Positions 51,415 through 64,000 of a stretch of DNA of 64,000 bases are shown piece by piece. The stretch is from Oikopleura dioica (Eukaryota > Animalia > Chordata): positions 14,446,001-14,510,000 of the forward strand of contig OU015568.1 in NCBI GenBank assembly GCA_907165135.1, in the 5' to 3' direction. Made by a program: the position numbers and the translations under genes. Within the stretch, counting starts at the first letter, position 1. Every line of letters begins with the position of its first letter. Under the pieces are notes generated by a model, which saw only the letters and a program-made list of their open reading frames with translations, made no database searches and was not told the DNA's origin.

Positions 51415-52388
51415 TTTCCTTAAGAATTTCTTTCTTCTAACTGTGGCGGATCATCTCTTTTCACTAAAATTTTCAAATCTTTGCTCTTTTATTTGGCTTG
51501 GTTGAGCTGCTAGGGGCTGAGCGGAAAACAGAGCAAATTCAAAAACTAAGAATCGCGATTGGTGGCCTCGCTCCAAACACAGCTCCGAGCCCGAGAACGC
51601 CACATCATTTTTACGCTTCAATTATGGTTCAAAATACAACTCGCTCTTTTTTGAAGTGAAAGTTTCGATCCTCGGGCCCGGGATTTCTCGACCATTTTTG
51701 CTAAGAAATTCACACCAAGCGGTGAATAATTTACAACCAGAACATCAAAGTTGATGAGCTCATTCAATGAATCTTTAAGTGCTTTCCCTCAGATGAGGAA
51801 ACATCAAACTAACCCTAAGTCCTTTACAAAAGCAAATAGAACCTGTTTCTGGAAATGCGCCAATCGTTGAGCTACAGTGTAAATTAGAACTTCACCGGCG
51901 ATTTATCCGGCAATTGATAGATTCGACATGCCTGCAGGGAAGCATTTGGCCTTGTATGACAGTGTATGCGGTCGGAATTAGAATTAATTGTGGATTACTT
52001 AAAAATAATATTTATTCAAAAAATTAGCAGAATCTTGTATGGTTAATTAGGGGTAGGAACTAAGTACTTTTATTTAAGAGGGGTCCCGGGCGAAGCCCCC
52101 AGGTTAGGGTTAGGTTTTAGGGAGAAACTAAAAGTAAATGTTACAAGATAAATATACTCTTGAAATACTTGCTAAGCATTTTTCATCGCAAGAACTGGTA
52201 TAATTTGATTTTAGCTGACAGTAATTGATGACATAGAGGAGAGCCTTCTTCTGATTTTCGTCGAAATTGCTCAGAAGAAGGCGCTCAAGAGCCAATACTA
52301 TTTTCGCCGAAAAAACGCTTAGCGCGGAATGCACCGAAATACCGCCGCTATTTTCATAATAATAAGATATCAAAATATTGTTTTTAAA

Positions 52389-54693
52389 ATGGAGATGAAT
52401 GAAACTTTTTTAAGCCTTGATGACCCTTGTGAAAATTATTTGTTTCCGGATGCGTTCAAAGTGGAACATCCAGATATTATGAACTGTATGTGGAAAGTTT
52501 GTTATCCCGAAAAGAGTATTCCGAATACGACTGATTGTACAAATTTAAAGGTTTGTTAGTCCGATCAATTTTGATGGGTCAATTGGATAAATCGGATAGA
52601 GGTGGGGAGCGACAAAAACTTGCGGTAAAAAAAGTATTTTTGCGACATTTTTTCCCTGAAATCTGATTGGCACTCAAGGTGAATGCAACATTTTGATTGG
52701 TTGAAAATTGTCGCACCAATTACTGTGGCTTTCTTCGCTTTTGTTTGTCGCTTTTCGCCAGCTCCCTAGATATAATTTCTTGATCCGAAAAGAATTGAAA
52801 TAAATCTGTATTCAAGATAACAAACTTGGATTGTCCGTCCCGCGAAGAACTTGTCTGTTTTATTGAGAGCGTAGATGCTTCTCCTTCTTATGACGAGCCA
52901 GAGAACTTTCTTATTAAACGATTCGTTATTGGCATTTTTCTTTCAATATCAGGTGAACTCGTTTGCGTCCCAAACTTGTCTTCTCAAACAGATTGATAGG
53001 CATCGGTCTCTTGGGAAATGCGTTGGTGTTTTTTATCCTCGTTAAGCACACTCGTTTGAAGAAGCCTACCAACATATATCTATTCAATTTGGGTAAGCTG
53101 CATGTAAATCTTTGAACGCTTTTCTTACAAATAATTTTCATAAATCTTTCATTTCTTAAAAAAATTTTATAGCTGTGGCAGATTTTCTTTTGCTCTTTGA
53201 TTCGCCATTTATTTCTTTTCTTCATGTGGATAAAAAGTGGACTTTTGGAAAGACCCTCTGCAAGATGACTGTCTCGGAAAGGAATTAAATCACCTTATAG
53301 AGGATTTTTTTCAAGTTTTTGTATATTAATACTCGTGATCATGGATCGGATAATTGCTTCATGATTGCTCCATAAACTTATATGATATTTAATATATCGG
53401 TATTCTTTTGATTTAAATTGAAGTTTGATCAATGCCACCAGCTTACATCTGCACTCTGTTTAATTGCCGTTTCGATTGATCGAGCAGTCCTGACACGGTT
53501 CCAATACATGTCAACAACCAAATTACAGATCAGCAACTGAAGCTTGTTTTTGTATTCGAATTTGAACCGTGGATTAGATTCATTGCAATAGACCCCTCAC
53601 GTCTAATCAAGCCTGGTTTGTCTGCGCTGTTATTTGGCTCGTAAGGAAAGGTTCGAAAGGTATTTTTAAGTTTCTCAACCGTAAACCCGTGTTATGTTAA
53701 CATTGAAAGTGTCAATCGAACCTTGAAAAGCTACATTCTAACAGTGCCAACATACATGCAAACGGACGTTATCGAAAGCCTCGAAGTTTGTTTCAACAAG
53801 TGGGGCGAAAAGACAGAGTACTTTATCTTGATGGTGACGGTCAATTTCCTGATGCCATTATTTTCCGTGATCATTATGTATGGCCTGATCGTAAGACGCG
53901 TCAGAAGATCTGGCAGAAGATCTCAACGAGCAAATATGCAAATGTACGAAAGAAGGGTTACATTTAGAGTTCTCATTGTCATCGGAACTTACTGCATTTG
54001 GTAGGATGCTTTTAAGAGGGGCTTTTATTAATTTTGCATTTTAAGCTGGTCGCCTTATTACATTTGCTGCTTTTTGGCGAATATCAAAGCAACTGAAGGC
54101 CTTTTCGAGGAGATCTACATTTTATCAGTGAGTTCATTATTTTCTCCGGAGAATCAAAAGTTCAAATTAGACACTCATCTTGTCATGTCTATTTTTTCGA
54201 TTTTCTTAGTTTTTCGATAATTTGATGAAGGAGCATCAAAAAATCCGATGCAAAGAATAATTGATTTTAGATCTATTTGGGCTACATTAACTCTGTTCTG
54301 AATCCTGTGATTTATGCATTTGTTAATGACGAGTTCCAACGGTCCCTGCGCCGCGCTGTCCGGGAATTTGCTGGATCAAGAAATGAAAGAACGGTCAGTT
54401 TCAGATGCTACTACAAAAAGGCCAACCAAATATTGCCCTCATTTCTCTTGAATTTATTTGAATTGTCTTATATGGACGTTGATACATTTAATTTACCCCC
54501 TTTGGACCTCTTATTAACGTCAGTTAATCTGACAGACAGAGCTTGTGACGCACAAACTAAAGATATATTTTCAGCTAACAATTCCTGCAACGCCGGAGAA
54601 GAGTCAACGCGACTGGTGGAGGTTCGCATTTTGTTTTTACAGAAGCGAAAAACAGAAACAAAAAACCGTATGGTCGCATATATTAACTCGTGA
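52389..54693 (+). CDS. Class A peptide GPCR, somatostatin/opioid/allatostatin-receptor-like
   Basis: GLLGNALV, KPTNIYLFNLAVADF, WTFGKTLCK, SIDR, CWSPYY, NSVLNPVIYAF; N-terminus with NET/NTT sequons and several Cys. Confidence 0.85.
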
Positions 54694-55465
54694 AACCGGC
54701 ATCGTATACTGAATATACAGTGGCGGAGAAATGGATATATGTCAGTGTAGAGCAGTAAATGTCAATGATCATCGTTGAAGGTCCAGATTATGCATCTTTG
54801 ATGATGAACAAGATGATTTTCTAATTACAATAGATGACCTGCCTAAAATTGTCTACAAGGCATCTATTTTGTAGCATTTTTCAAGCATATTTCAGTTGCT
54901 GGAAGTCCCCAAACAACTTGGGATCCGAAACTTGGAGATCACGGCTTCAACAAATTTGCTTTCCAGTCACCCAGCGACTGCCAAGAAGGTTTGCTCCCGA
55001 TTCGTAGTCGTCCAGACAAAAATATAATCCGTTTAGCTCGGACACTCAACTGCCCAGAACAATCGGCCTTGCCCAAATATCTAATAATCATCTGGAACGT
55101 CACGACTCGGCTAATAAAGGCAAGCAACCTGATTACCATCAATCACAAATTAACATAAACCTCATTAGACAAATCAAATGACAAGAGTCAATCCTGGGAA
55201 GAGTCGGGAATAGGAAGTCTTAAAGCATCCGAAAGCTCCTTATAAGTTCAAATTTGCACATTATTTTCTGTTTCCGCAACTGTTCAATTCGAATTTCTCG
55301 TTAAAAATTGCTTGAAAATAAAGGACAACAAGAAATGTTGCTAGTAAATTACCGTGAAAGACAAATTTGTTCTAAGATTCATTTATCGGAAAAAAGCTTC
55401 GACATGAAAGAAAGACACCAAACAGTTAAAAAATAAAATGGAGAATCGAAAAAAGGTGAAAAATC

Positions 55466-55770
55466 TCATTTGAACCAGGCAACAAGAGGTCCGCTTCGAG
55501 CGCTGAAATCGCCTCCTCCGCGCTTGTGGGTCGGTTGGTCGTATTCTAAGTTAGTTGGGTCCAATGTGTCCACTGTGTACACATCATCGTACAAAGGAGA
55601 TAAAAAGGTCCCGAGACCGAAATTTCTTTTGCTGGAATCCCACGACGATTCATGTACGATCCTAAATTTTGAGTCGATTTTAAAATTCTATCTCTTATTG
55701 CTGTGTTCTTACCGATTCCTGCAAATTTCCCGGCATTTGTTGCACAAAACAAAACAACAAGAATATTCAT
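55466..55770 (-). CDS. Candidate neuropeptide/prohormone precursor
   Basis: Signal-like MNILVVLFCATNA; downstream open frame ...SSKR-NFGLGTF...acidic spacer...HKR-GGGDFSARSGPLVAWFK*; joining the two needs a non-canonical donor. Confidence 0.5.
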
Positions 55771-55934
55771 TTCCAACTAAGGATTTCTGATCAGTTCTAA
55801 GTATAATCCTCCCCTCTTTTTATACAAGTAGTTCCTGACAGCTGTCCTTCTAATTTTTCATATTTTATTCAATAAATGCACGGCAGTATGGAAGAGAAAA
55901 GAACAAATTCTCGATATTAAACTCTGACACCCTC

Positions 55935-56521
55935 TCAAGGGTTCCAAGCTTCAGTAGGGTATCGATGAACAAGCGCGTAGGGTTCGAAGGGGCTATGTTT
56001 TGGTACTACCAAACGGTTTGCTCCACGGTAAAACAGCGATTGCGCAGTTTGACTTTTCAAAACTGACTCGTCGGATACCGATGCGTCAGTGGTACAGGCT
56101 CGTAGCTGCTTTTTAAAGGTACTTGAAATTATCTCCAGCTAATAATTTCAACAAAGAACCAATAAAATATTCAAAATTTTGAATATTTCGATTTCTTTGA
56201 ATATCTTTCAATTCATAAAATGCGGGTTTTTTAGCCGGTCAATTTATGACGAAACCTTGAAAAATAATTTCAATTTTTCAAATTGAGTTTTTTTTAATTC
56301 AAAGGAAATCCTTCATTGAAGAATCACGGTACCTTTCCTTAAAACCTTCTCAGTCAAGACTCCTCCAATAAAAGTAAGAACAAGCCCGATGCCTGAATAG
56401 CAAGTTCATAAATTTAAACATTTTAATAACAACCTGTGACGGTGCAGATGACAACAAGCAGCGCAACGCACCAAATGATGAGCTCTAAGAAAGGGCTGAC
56501 GTCTCCCATTATATTCATCAT
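55935..56521 (-). CDS. Small orphan membrane protein
   Basis: TATA, ATG, long hydrophobic stretch across a phase-1 intron, C-terminus ...HRYPTEAWNP*, AATAAA; last splices ambiguous. Confidence 0.5.
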
Positions 56522-56763
56522 CTTGCCCGAGTCGCTCGCTTTTTATAAGATCCTTATAAAAAGTGTTTAAGACGCCCTGTCCTAGATTTATTTACCACTG
56601 TTTCTCTATTGCTCTCCTCAAATGCGTCATAAACATGGCATGGCCAAGGTAGTCAAAAGGTGCTAAGTCTTTTATATTTCTGTTGGTAACAGTTATAAAA
56701 ATCAAATAATCAGCTGTTACTGATTTTACAGTTGTGTACAAATTAACAAGATTTAATGGGCTT

Positions 56764-59700
56764 TCAACAGGATGCGTTGTCTCGGATGCTTTGAGAAATC
56801 CACCTTTTAAACTTAGGAATGTCGGTGAAAACAGTCGGCAGAGGACTTCTAGTCGAGCATTTTCCCCTGCCAAAGCTGACGATTCCTCGAAGATGCCATC
56901 GCTCGTCAGGGCCTTTGCAAACCAGTGGCCCGCCTGAATCTCCTCGGCAAGCAGAGACTTGATATCGTTCCCCAGCGCAGATTGTATTTTCGGGGATTTC
57001 CGTCCCGTTCCATCTTTCTTGGCAGTCGGTTTTTTCAAGAATTTGCATCGCACCATATCGTTGAATAACTATCAATAATTCAAAAGATCGAAAAAGCGCG
57101 ATTTTATACCCGAATTATCGATGGTATTCTCAGTGTAACCCCAGCCGGCAATTGCGCAATCGTCGCCGGTAAATCCGACATTGAACCCTCTTTAAAAAGA
57201 ACACCATCAACGACAGTAAATCAGTAAGAACTCACGTGTCCCAGCAAATTGGAAGAACATTTTCGTCAAAGATGATGTCGTCATTTAACCTTATCAGCGC
57301 AATATCGTTCTTGGGAGATCGCCCAGATCTGTGCTCGTAGTACTCGTGGGTGACGACGATATCTTGCTGGAACTTTTGCTCGTTTCTTCCGTCTTGGAGC
57401 CGGTCGTGTTCTCCAAGAACGATTTCCATCGAGTCGTATTTTTGAACGCAATGAGCAGCTGTTATTATCCACTTATTGTCAAGAATTCCACCGCCGCAGA
57501 CTTTTTGCTCTCCTTTATAAACTAAAAGTATTCTTTGAAATATCTGCTGCTTTCATTCGCAATCAACTAAAAGTCATACAAATATAAATCAGTGCCAGCC
57601 AAGGAAACTGCGATTTTCGCCCGATATGCCCTCCCGCCAACTTTAGCCGAGGTCCTTCTTCTCCTCCTAATCCAGGCAAATTGAGCAGCTCTTCCCAGCT
57701 TTTAGCAGATGAAGAGGACATTTGATCCAGTATCAGTTCAGAAACGCCGCATTGATTTTTACTCCTGTCACAAATGTCGTCTGCTTCGTCTGATCCGTCG
57801 CCGCAGTCGTCGAAGCCGTCACAGAGGTCATCAGAAGCGATGCATTGTCCGTTGCGACACTTAGACCACAGCTGTCCGATTCCGTCATTCTGACAGCAAG
57901 GAAGACACGGGCCAGAATGCAAGCTCACGGAGCTAATGAGCGAGTAATCCTCTGCTTTTATCTGATACGATCCGGCATACAATGTCGTTTGAATGAGCTG
58001 CCAAGGACGCGAAAATGACGGAGTTGATTTGTGACGTCGGCCTTTTGAGCGGGTCTACTTAGAAAAACTGGGTCAATCAAAGGTTAGGGTTTTATGCTAG
58101 AATTTTTAGTTCGCCCTATTTCTGTAGCTTCTTATATTTTTCTGTCAAAAATGAACCCTTCCTTGAGAGTGAATATAAATAACGCCTCTCGCCGAGTTCC
58201 AAACTTTGAGGCATCCGACTCGCCAATGATTCTTCCCCTCAATGCTTTCTCCGTATTCCAAGTGCACCCCTTTCTTTGTTTTGCCATAAAAATCAATTTG
58301 CATCAGTTCTTTGTCTTCCGCTTCCGAGTATTCTAAATTGCAAAAGTCGGATTCAAAGTTGCATTCGGCTTTTTCAGGACAAGGGAGAAAGTTGAAACTC
58401 GTCGATTGTATTTCGTAGCCAGTTCCAAAGAGATTGGAAAGATCTAATGGCTCATTTTTAAACGTCAGTCCATGTTTGCCAACGTTGAAAGATTCCTTGA
58501 CCCAGGCGCCTCGTGTATTCTGCGTCGTCTCCCAGACAAGCCGGTTCTTTCTCGAGCTGTTGTCATAAGCAGCAAGCTTCATTTTATCCTGGGTGCTTCT
58601 GTACACGATGCTCAAGCAACCAGAGTCTTCGTTTTTCGCCGAAGTTAGTTTGCCAAAAGGGTTAACGAGAATTCCTTTACGTAGTTTAATGAAACTTGAT
58701 GGAGTGAATCCACAAGTTGACTTTTCTTCCTCGAAATTGCAGTTCAAAACAGATTGCTTGTCCTCATCATAATTGCACGGGCACCCTGAAACTTTTATAC
58801 TGTCTATTGCAATATCAGACTGGACGCTTTTCGCGACAGCACTTATTTTAATCTTCCCGGTTTTCTTCATATAAATGTCTAGTTGGGCCTTCTTCCATTT
58901 ATTGGTTTCTTCGTTCCAGATTCCTGAAGATCGCCAGATGACTTCATCATTCGCTGTCACTTCCAACGACGATTTCTTATGAGCCCTTATGTGATATGCA
59001 AAAGTAAGACAAATGGATGCCCCACTTTGTAAGCTAAAAGACTCCAGGCTCCCTTGAGAGAGGTCCGACGACTCCAAGTAAACGTAATGAGATCCAGTTT
59101 GCGCGGCACTTGGCCCCGTCCCAGGCGTAAAAGTCTCTCCCTCCCAGCGGGTTAGGCCAGTGACTCGCCAACCGCACTCGTCTGAATCCAGAAGTTCATC
59201 GTCGAAATTGCAACTCAGCGACCTTGTCTGCTCATTTTGACAAGAAGAGGCTTCTTCTGAGCCATCCTTGTATTCCTTAATTTGTCTTGCCGGTAAACGA
59301 CTATGTTCCTCGTCCTTAAAAGTATCTTTGTTTTCGTCAACACAATTTACAGCTATGTCGTCCAGAGCGATGTCGCCCAGATGTCCATTACATGTAAACT
59401 CGAACACTTTTTTGGCCCCAATTATGTTGCAACAGAAGGTATAAACAGCAATTACAAATTGGCGGAAAAATGTCACGTGACTTAGAAAATCCACTTTCGT
59501 TCCTAGAAAAAAATCTTTGGGCCCATTCCCTATTTCAAATTTTTCATCCGGGTCATTTTCGAAATCGAAATCGAAAAACTCCCAATCTTCTTTGACCGAT
59601 CTGTTGACATCAATTTGTCCCAGCGTTTCATCATCGTTCCAAATTGAGAAATTACCGTAACTACTAGCCCTCTTTGTTACACGGAAGGCCGAGGCATCAC

Positions 59701-60016
59701 TTCCTTTTCTGCTTAGATAGCCTTGTACATTTCCTAATCCCGTTGAGCACAATAAGTTTCTTACGACGATTCCAGCCTTGTCGCCCTCTTTGCGCGGCCA
59801 GGAACACTCTGCAAAAATAAAGTAGCCATTTCCGGATGTGTGATCGCCGAATTGAGGGCCAGTGCCGTGGGTTGGAGTGTCTGTATTGCTTTCCGACAGG
59901 AGGAAGTCGCCGGGAATGTCTTCTGCCCCGCACCAGTCAGCTTCAAAGTCGCAGTGAAAAACTCTCTCTGAAGAAAAGACTGGCAAAAATACAAAAAAAG
60001 GGGAAAATCTCAACAT
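56764..60016 (-). CDS. Secreted modular serine protease: MAM x3, LDLa, trypsin domain
   Basis: Signal peptide; CDFEADWCG, CNFDDE and CNFESDFC MAM starts; LDLa CRNGQCI..DDLCDGFDDCGDGSDE; intact triad TAAHC / NDIALIRL / GDSGGPL. Confidence 0.88.
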
Positions 60017-61540
60017 TGAAAATCTAAATCGATTCTAGCGGCCGCCGAGGTTAAATACGCGAAGGATGAGGTGGAAGTTATGTCGAAAGGGTGTCGTTAA
60101 CGCGCCGTTTCATTTCTCAAATTGGCGGTTTAACGCCGCCCGCTGACGTAAATCGGCTCCACCAAGCACCTCCATGCGCTTCTAAGTGCAATTTTTGTCC
60201 TTTCATGAGTCAGTTCTATCCCTTGAAGTAACATATCTTCTTGGTTTACGAGAGATATTAGCTCGTTATTGGCGACAAGGCTGTAAAAAGTGTTAAAATC
60301 TTGGGCGTTTTTACGTTCTCTTCATAGTCTTCATAAAAATATTTTACTATCATAAACAATTATTCTTCGGATTAATTTTTTATCAAATTTTTCATCTACC
60401 GCAGAATCGAGTAAATTTCTGAAGATAAAAGACGATGAAACCGTCAATTTGTAAAATCTGCTTCGGAAAAGCTGGCAGATCACAAATAGTCGACCGACGA
60501 TCTGCGGCCTTCTGGTTTTACCAATCAGCTGGATATTTTTGACGGTATAAGAGACCAATTTGGGTTGGGAGGATATCACTTTTTTGAAATGAAACAGTTG
60601 TGAAGAAAAAATTTCTATAAATGTTCATAAATTGAATATTTGTAGAAAATTATTTTTTGCGTCAAGATTATAAATTACATTACAACGGTTGGTTCGTAGT
60701 CTCCACTATTACGTATATCTTCAAAAAATAACTGTCTCAAATAAACCAACCATTGAAAATAAATTTGTAAATGCCAAATTTCGATGAATTGTTTATCCAT
60801 TTCGCCGTTGACCTCAGCCAAGAAAGTGATTTGGCGAAACAATGGTCCCAATTTTTTTTATCAGCCAAGTACCTATTACGACTCACCAGACCACGGCAGA
60901 AAATTAATCACGTTTATTTTTTCTTCTTTCTCGACAGTTTTTACGATTACTTGACGATTGTAGTAGAACCTGACTTTTTCAATTGAACAATTTGAGAAAT
61001 TAACAACAAGAAAAAAGGAAGAAAATCGAGTTAAAATGTGCCAAAATCATTATTCTTTCGGACCTACTGGGAGATACGGAGTCCGAAACGACGGATACCA
61101 AGAAAGCAAAGACATGTTGGACGGAAAAATGACGATGAACACAAGAATAGACGCTGACTTTGGCGCTTCAGGAAATGATAAACAATCTTTGTGCTTTTTT
61201 TCTCCAGAAATATCTACGGTAAGATCAAGTGGTCAATTTATTCTTGGATTAGTTTAAATGATCGGGAGAATGAAGCATGCAAGTTTGAGAGCACAACATA
61301 ATATTAATTTTAATTGACAACAAGATCAAGCAGTTGATGCACCAACATCAAATTCTATATGTATGTTATGTAGTTTTGGTTATACATCACATCAATTATA
61401 AGCTGCAAACATGGTTCCAAAACAGAGCAATCTGGAATAGGTCGTTAGTATTCAATAAAGAGGAGTTTTTAATGATAAAATATGGGCTGGTCAAGACTTT
61501 TAACGCTCCTATAACCTATGAATCATAAGTTATGATAATA

Positions 61541-61675
61541 CCGGTGAAAGCAAGCCTTTACCAGGGATTTCAAACATGTCTCCACCCCTGTAGACATCTT
61601 TTTTCCATCGACCAATCACAAGCTTGGAGGGCCTTACTGGCGGCGTAACCCCGGATTTGAGTCTGCTTTCACCGG
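61541..61675. mobile_element. 135-bp MITE with TA TSD
   Basis: TIR CCGGTGAAAGCA / TGCTTTCACCGG, TA on both sides, ~80 bp upstream of tRNA-Asp. Confidence 0.7.
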
Positions 61676-61756
61676 TATATAACTAAAGCTTCTTATGCAA
61701 ACCCAACGGCAGCAAATTGATTATTGTATATATTCTATTACATAGTCCTTCTCCCA

Positions 61757-61828
61757 TCCGTGTTAGTATAGTGGTGAGTATTCCCGCCTGTCACGCGGGC
61801 GACCGGGGTTCGATTCCCCGACACGGAG
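61757..61828 (+). tRNA. tRNA-Asp: tRNA-Asp(GTC)
   Basis: TCCGTGTTAGTATAGTGGTGAGTATTCCCGCCTGTCACGCGGGCGACCGGGGTTCGATTCCCCGACACGGAG; A/B boxes, GTC anticodon, T8 terminator. Confidence 0.97.
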
Positions 61829-61856
61829 AATTTTTTTCACTTTCAATTTTTTTATC

Positions 61857-62314
61857 ATGAAAAGACGATTATCAGCTTGGACCAGCCGGAATTCTGAGAG
61901 TGGACAACGTAAAGACCGACATCCAGCTAGATTTGAATATTGAAACTGATACGATTTTAATTATTGTCATGATTATTACCCTCGTCGCCGTTTTTCTTTG
62001 TAAGTGCAGTCAGAAACATTCTTCTTTACTGTATTTTAGCTTGTATTGTTTATTCCCGCGTCGCTGGAAACCGCTGCTGTCCCTCAAAAGAAGAGCCACT
62101 TCCTCCTTATCCAACTGCGTACCCAACTTTGTCAAAGAACTCAGCGTTCGCCGCGAACCAAGCTCCGCAGTTCATCGACCGAGCGTTGTCGATTGACGAG
62201 CTGTCGCAGACGCATCGTTCGGAACGATCGGTTTACACTTTCCGCAGCAAGGTGCGTCAAACGTCGGAAACTCTACTCATCACGCCAGAAACACAATCCC
62301 TGAAGAAATTTTAA
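61857..62314 (+). CDS. Single-pass membrane protein with PPxY motif; apparent +1 frameshift right after ATG
   Basis: TM ILIIVMIITLVAVFLSCIVY across a GT-AG intron; cytoplasmic LPPY; ATG is followed by four As where three would give the frame. Confidence 0.55.
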
Positions 62315-64000
62315 CAACATAATAATATCGCCTGATTCTGTAATTATCTCATGACTCGAATCGATTCCTTTTTGAAAGTTTATGTATAAACTCGTATTTT
62401 CTGTTAAAATATAGAGCAAGAATTGGAGCTTGGAATTGCTAGATCAAATGCAGCTACAGTGGCTGACAGACAGTGCCTGTTCTTTGTTGATTGCGTCAGT
62501 CAGTTTTCAATCGCAACAAAACTTAATGTACCAAAGTAATCCAAAGTCGTATTTGAATATTAAATTTGTTCGGCCAAGATCAGTTGAGTTTCTCAAAACA
62601 CAGCAATAAAAAGAGAAAAAGCGTCGGCAGGTTTTGCTTTCTCGGCCCTGATGTTTTCATCTACAACACCAGTGAATAATGATCGTCATTAGTTATGTCG
62701 TACCAAAACAATCGCGCTTGTAATTGAGGTTGTCCCTCAAAACTCGACGGATTTCCTCGATTACACAAGATCCTCTAAGGCTCCTCCCACTTTGCAAAGT
62801 AACCATTTTTGATTTATTGAATTACTGAAGAAACGTTCCATTTTGACTCAAGCAATTTATTCTTGCGAGCGTTTGATAAATCTACTGTTTTCTATTTCAT
62901 TCGCAAGTTTGAATGACAACAAACGAGCAAAGTCTTCCGCCCAGAGAGGATCGGAGGTCCAAATCCCTCCGACTAAAAGGGCCCGACAAATGTTTCTTTC
63001 CGGGGCTTGGACCGGAATTCATTTGGTAAAAAATTTCTTACAAAAAGCCCTCAGTTAAGGGACTCAGATATGGAAACTGTAAACGTTCGAATCTAGGATA
63101 ATGCAGTCTTGCTGGGATATCATTAATTAAATTTTTACGTTGCTAAGCGAAATAGAATATAACGATCAAATTTCTAAAAAGAGGTTGATTTAGCGCTCTA
63201 TTCTTAGATAATTTATTTGAGCTCAAATTAAAATTAACGCTTCTCAAGATCCAAAAAATCTAAAAATAAAAAAATCATCTAATAATTCGCTAGAAATTCT
63301 AGCACGAAAATACCAGCGCTAGAGAATTCCGTGAAAAAATCTTCGACCAATCAAAAAAGGCTAATTTCTTTCCTGGCGTTCTGATTGGCCGTGATAAAAC
63401 AGCGCCATCTATGATTCGAAATTGTGTTTATTAGTTGTAGTTGTTCTTGAAAAACCTCCAAAAGTAAAATTACAAAATGAAATTATAATTATTAAAGAAT
63501 TTGGATCTCGGCCATTTTTGCTGAAACAAAAACAAAATCGCCCTGGCGGAGTTTATACTCAAAACAGATTTCCGCATTCAAGGTGAATCTATCATTGTCT
63601 TGAAAAGAAAATTACCGAGTGAATTTGCCACACTGTTTGCTGCCAGCTCGAGCGGAAACTTTCTACGTTTACTTCTGGAACGCAGTTGTTCTGGGGCCGA
63701 TTCTACCCGCTGCGGTTGAGTACAGGACCGGAGGAAATGAGGCGACATTGGTGGAGGAAAATCAGTTATGTTTACAGCTTTTTCCTTCTTCTTATCAATA
63801 TTATTGATTATCAGTAGCAAAAAGAGGCCTTTCAGGAATCTTTGGTATCTGAAAATTTAGTGAAGGAGAATTGACAATTGTGTACTTTCGGTTCAATGGA
63901 CTTAGGGAGTTATCGCTTCTAAATGGGATAAAACGGAAGGAGATAGCGACTCACTGGTGGGAAGTTTCTCTTTTGGCCTTTTCATTGTCTATCTCTTCTT

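Noticed and set aside
54939-55142. 67-aa minus-strand ORF between the GPCR and the peptide precursor
   Set aside because: No recognisable domain and no convincing splice or promoter context
60331-61310. Short ORFs on both strands near 60.3-61.3 kb
   Set aside because: Could be fragments of small genes, but no consistent exon chain or family motif could be assembled
63578-64000. Possible partial minus-strand gene entering from the right edge
   Set aside because: Exon-like pieces exist, but frame and identity cannot be established within the window

Overview
Eukaryotic, gene-dense DNA from the larvacean tunicate Oikopleura dioica or a very close relative. The identification rests on three genes carrying the 40-nt O. 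dioica spliced-leader exon (recognised from memory), ~40-60 nt introns including GA-AG and GC-AG types, and operon-like spacing. Positions 1-35.7 kb are an almost entirely plus-strand run of housekeeping and signalling genes: IDH3A, a dsRBD+DZF protein, Smad1/5, FLAD1, WDFY, two OVCA2 paralogs, CLIP1, MRPL38, two PARGs, PSMC4, MAP3K2/3, a GAT-only protein, cytochrome c, CHMP2A and KGD4. At 36.3-38.0 kb there is an intron-containing diaminopimelate epimerase (dapF), an enzyme not expected in an animal. The 40.2-47.0 kb block is rearranged. It holds three 5S rRNA genes, three SL RNA genes, small heat-shock genes and nested TIR/foldback elements, with a ~2.6 kb palindrome centred on a foldback transposon. 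The remainder has a GalNAc-transferase, a somatostatin/opioid-type GPCR flanked by two candidate peptide precursors, a MAM-LDLa-trypsin protease, tRNA-Asp and several orphans. All exon structures were assembled by eye and no database searches were run.
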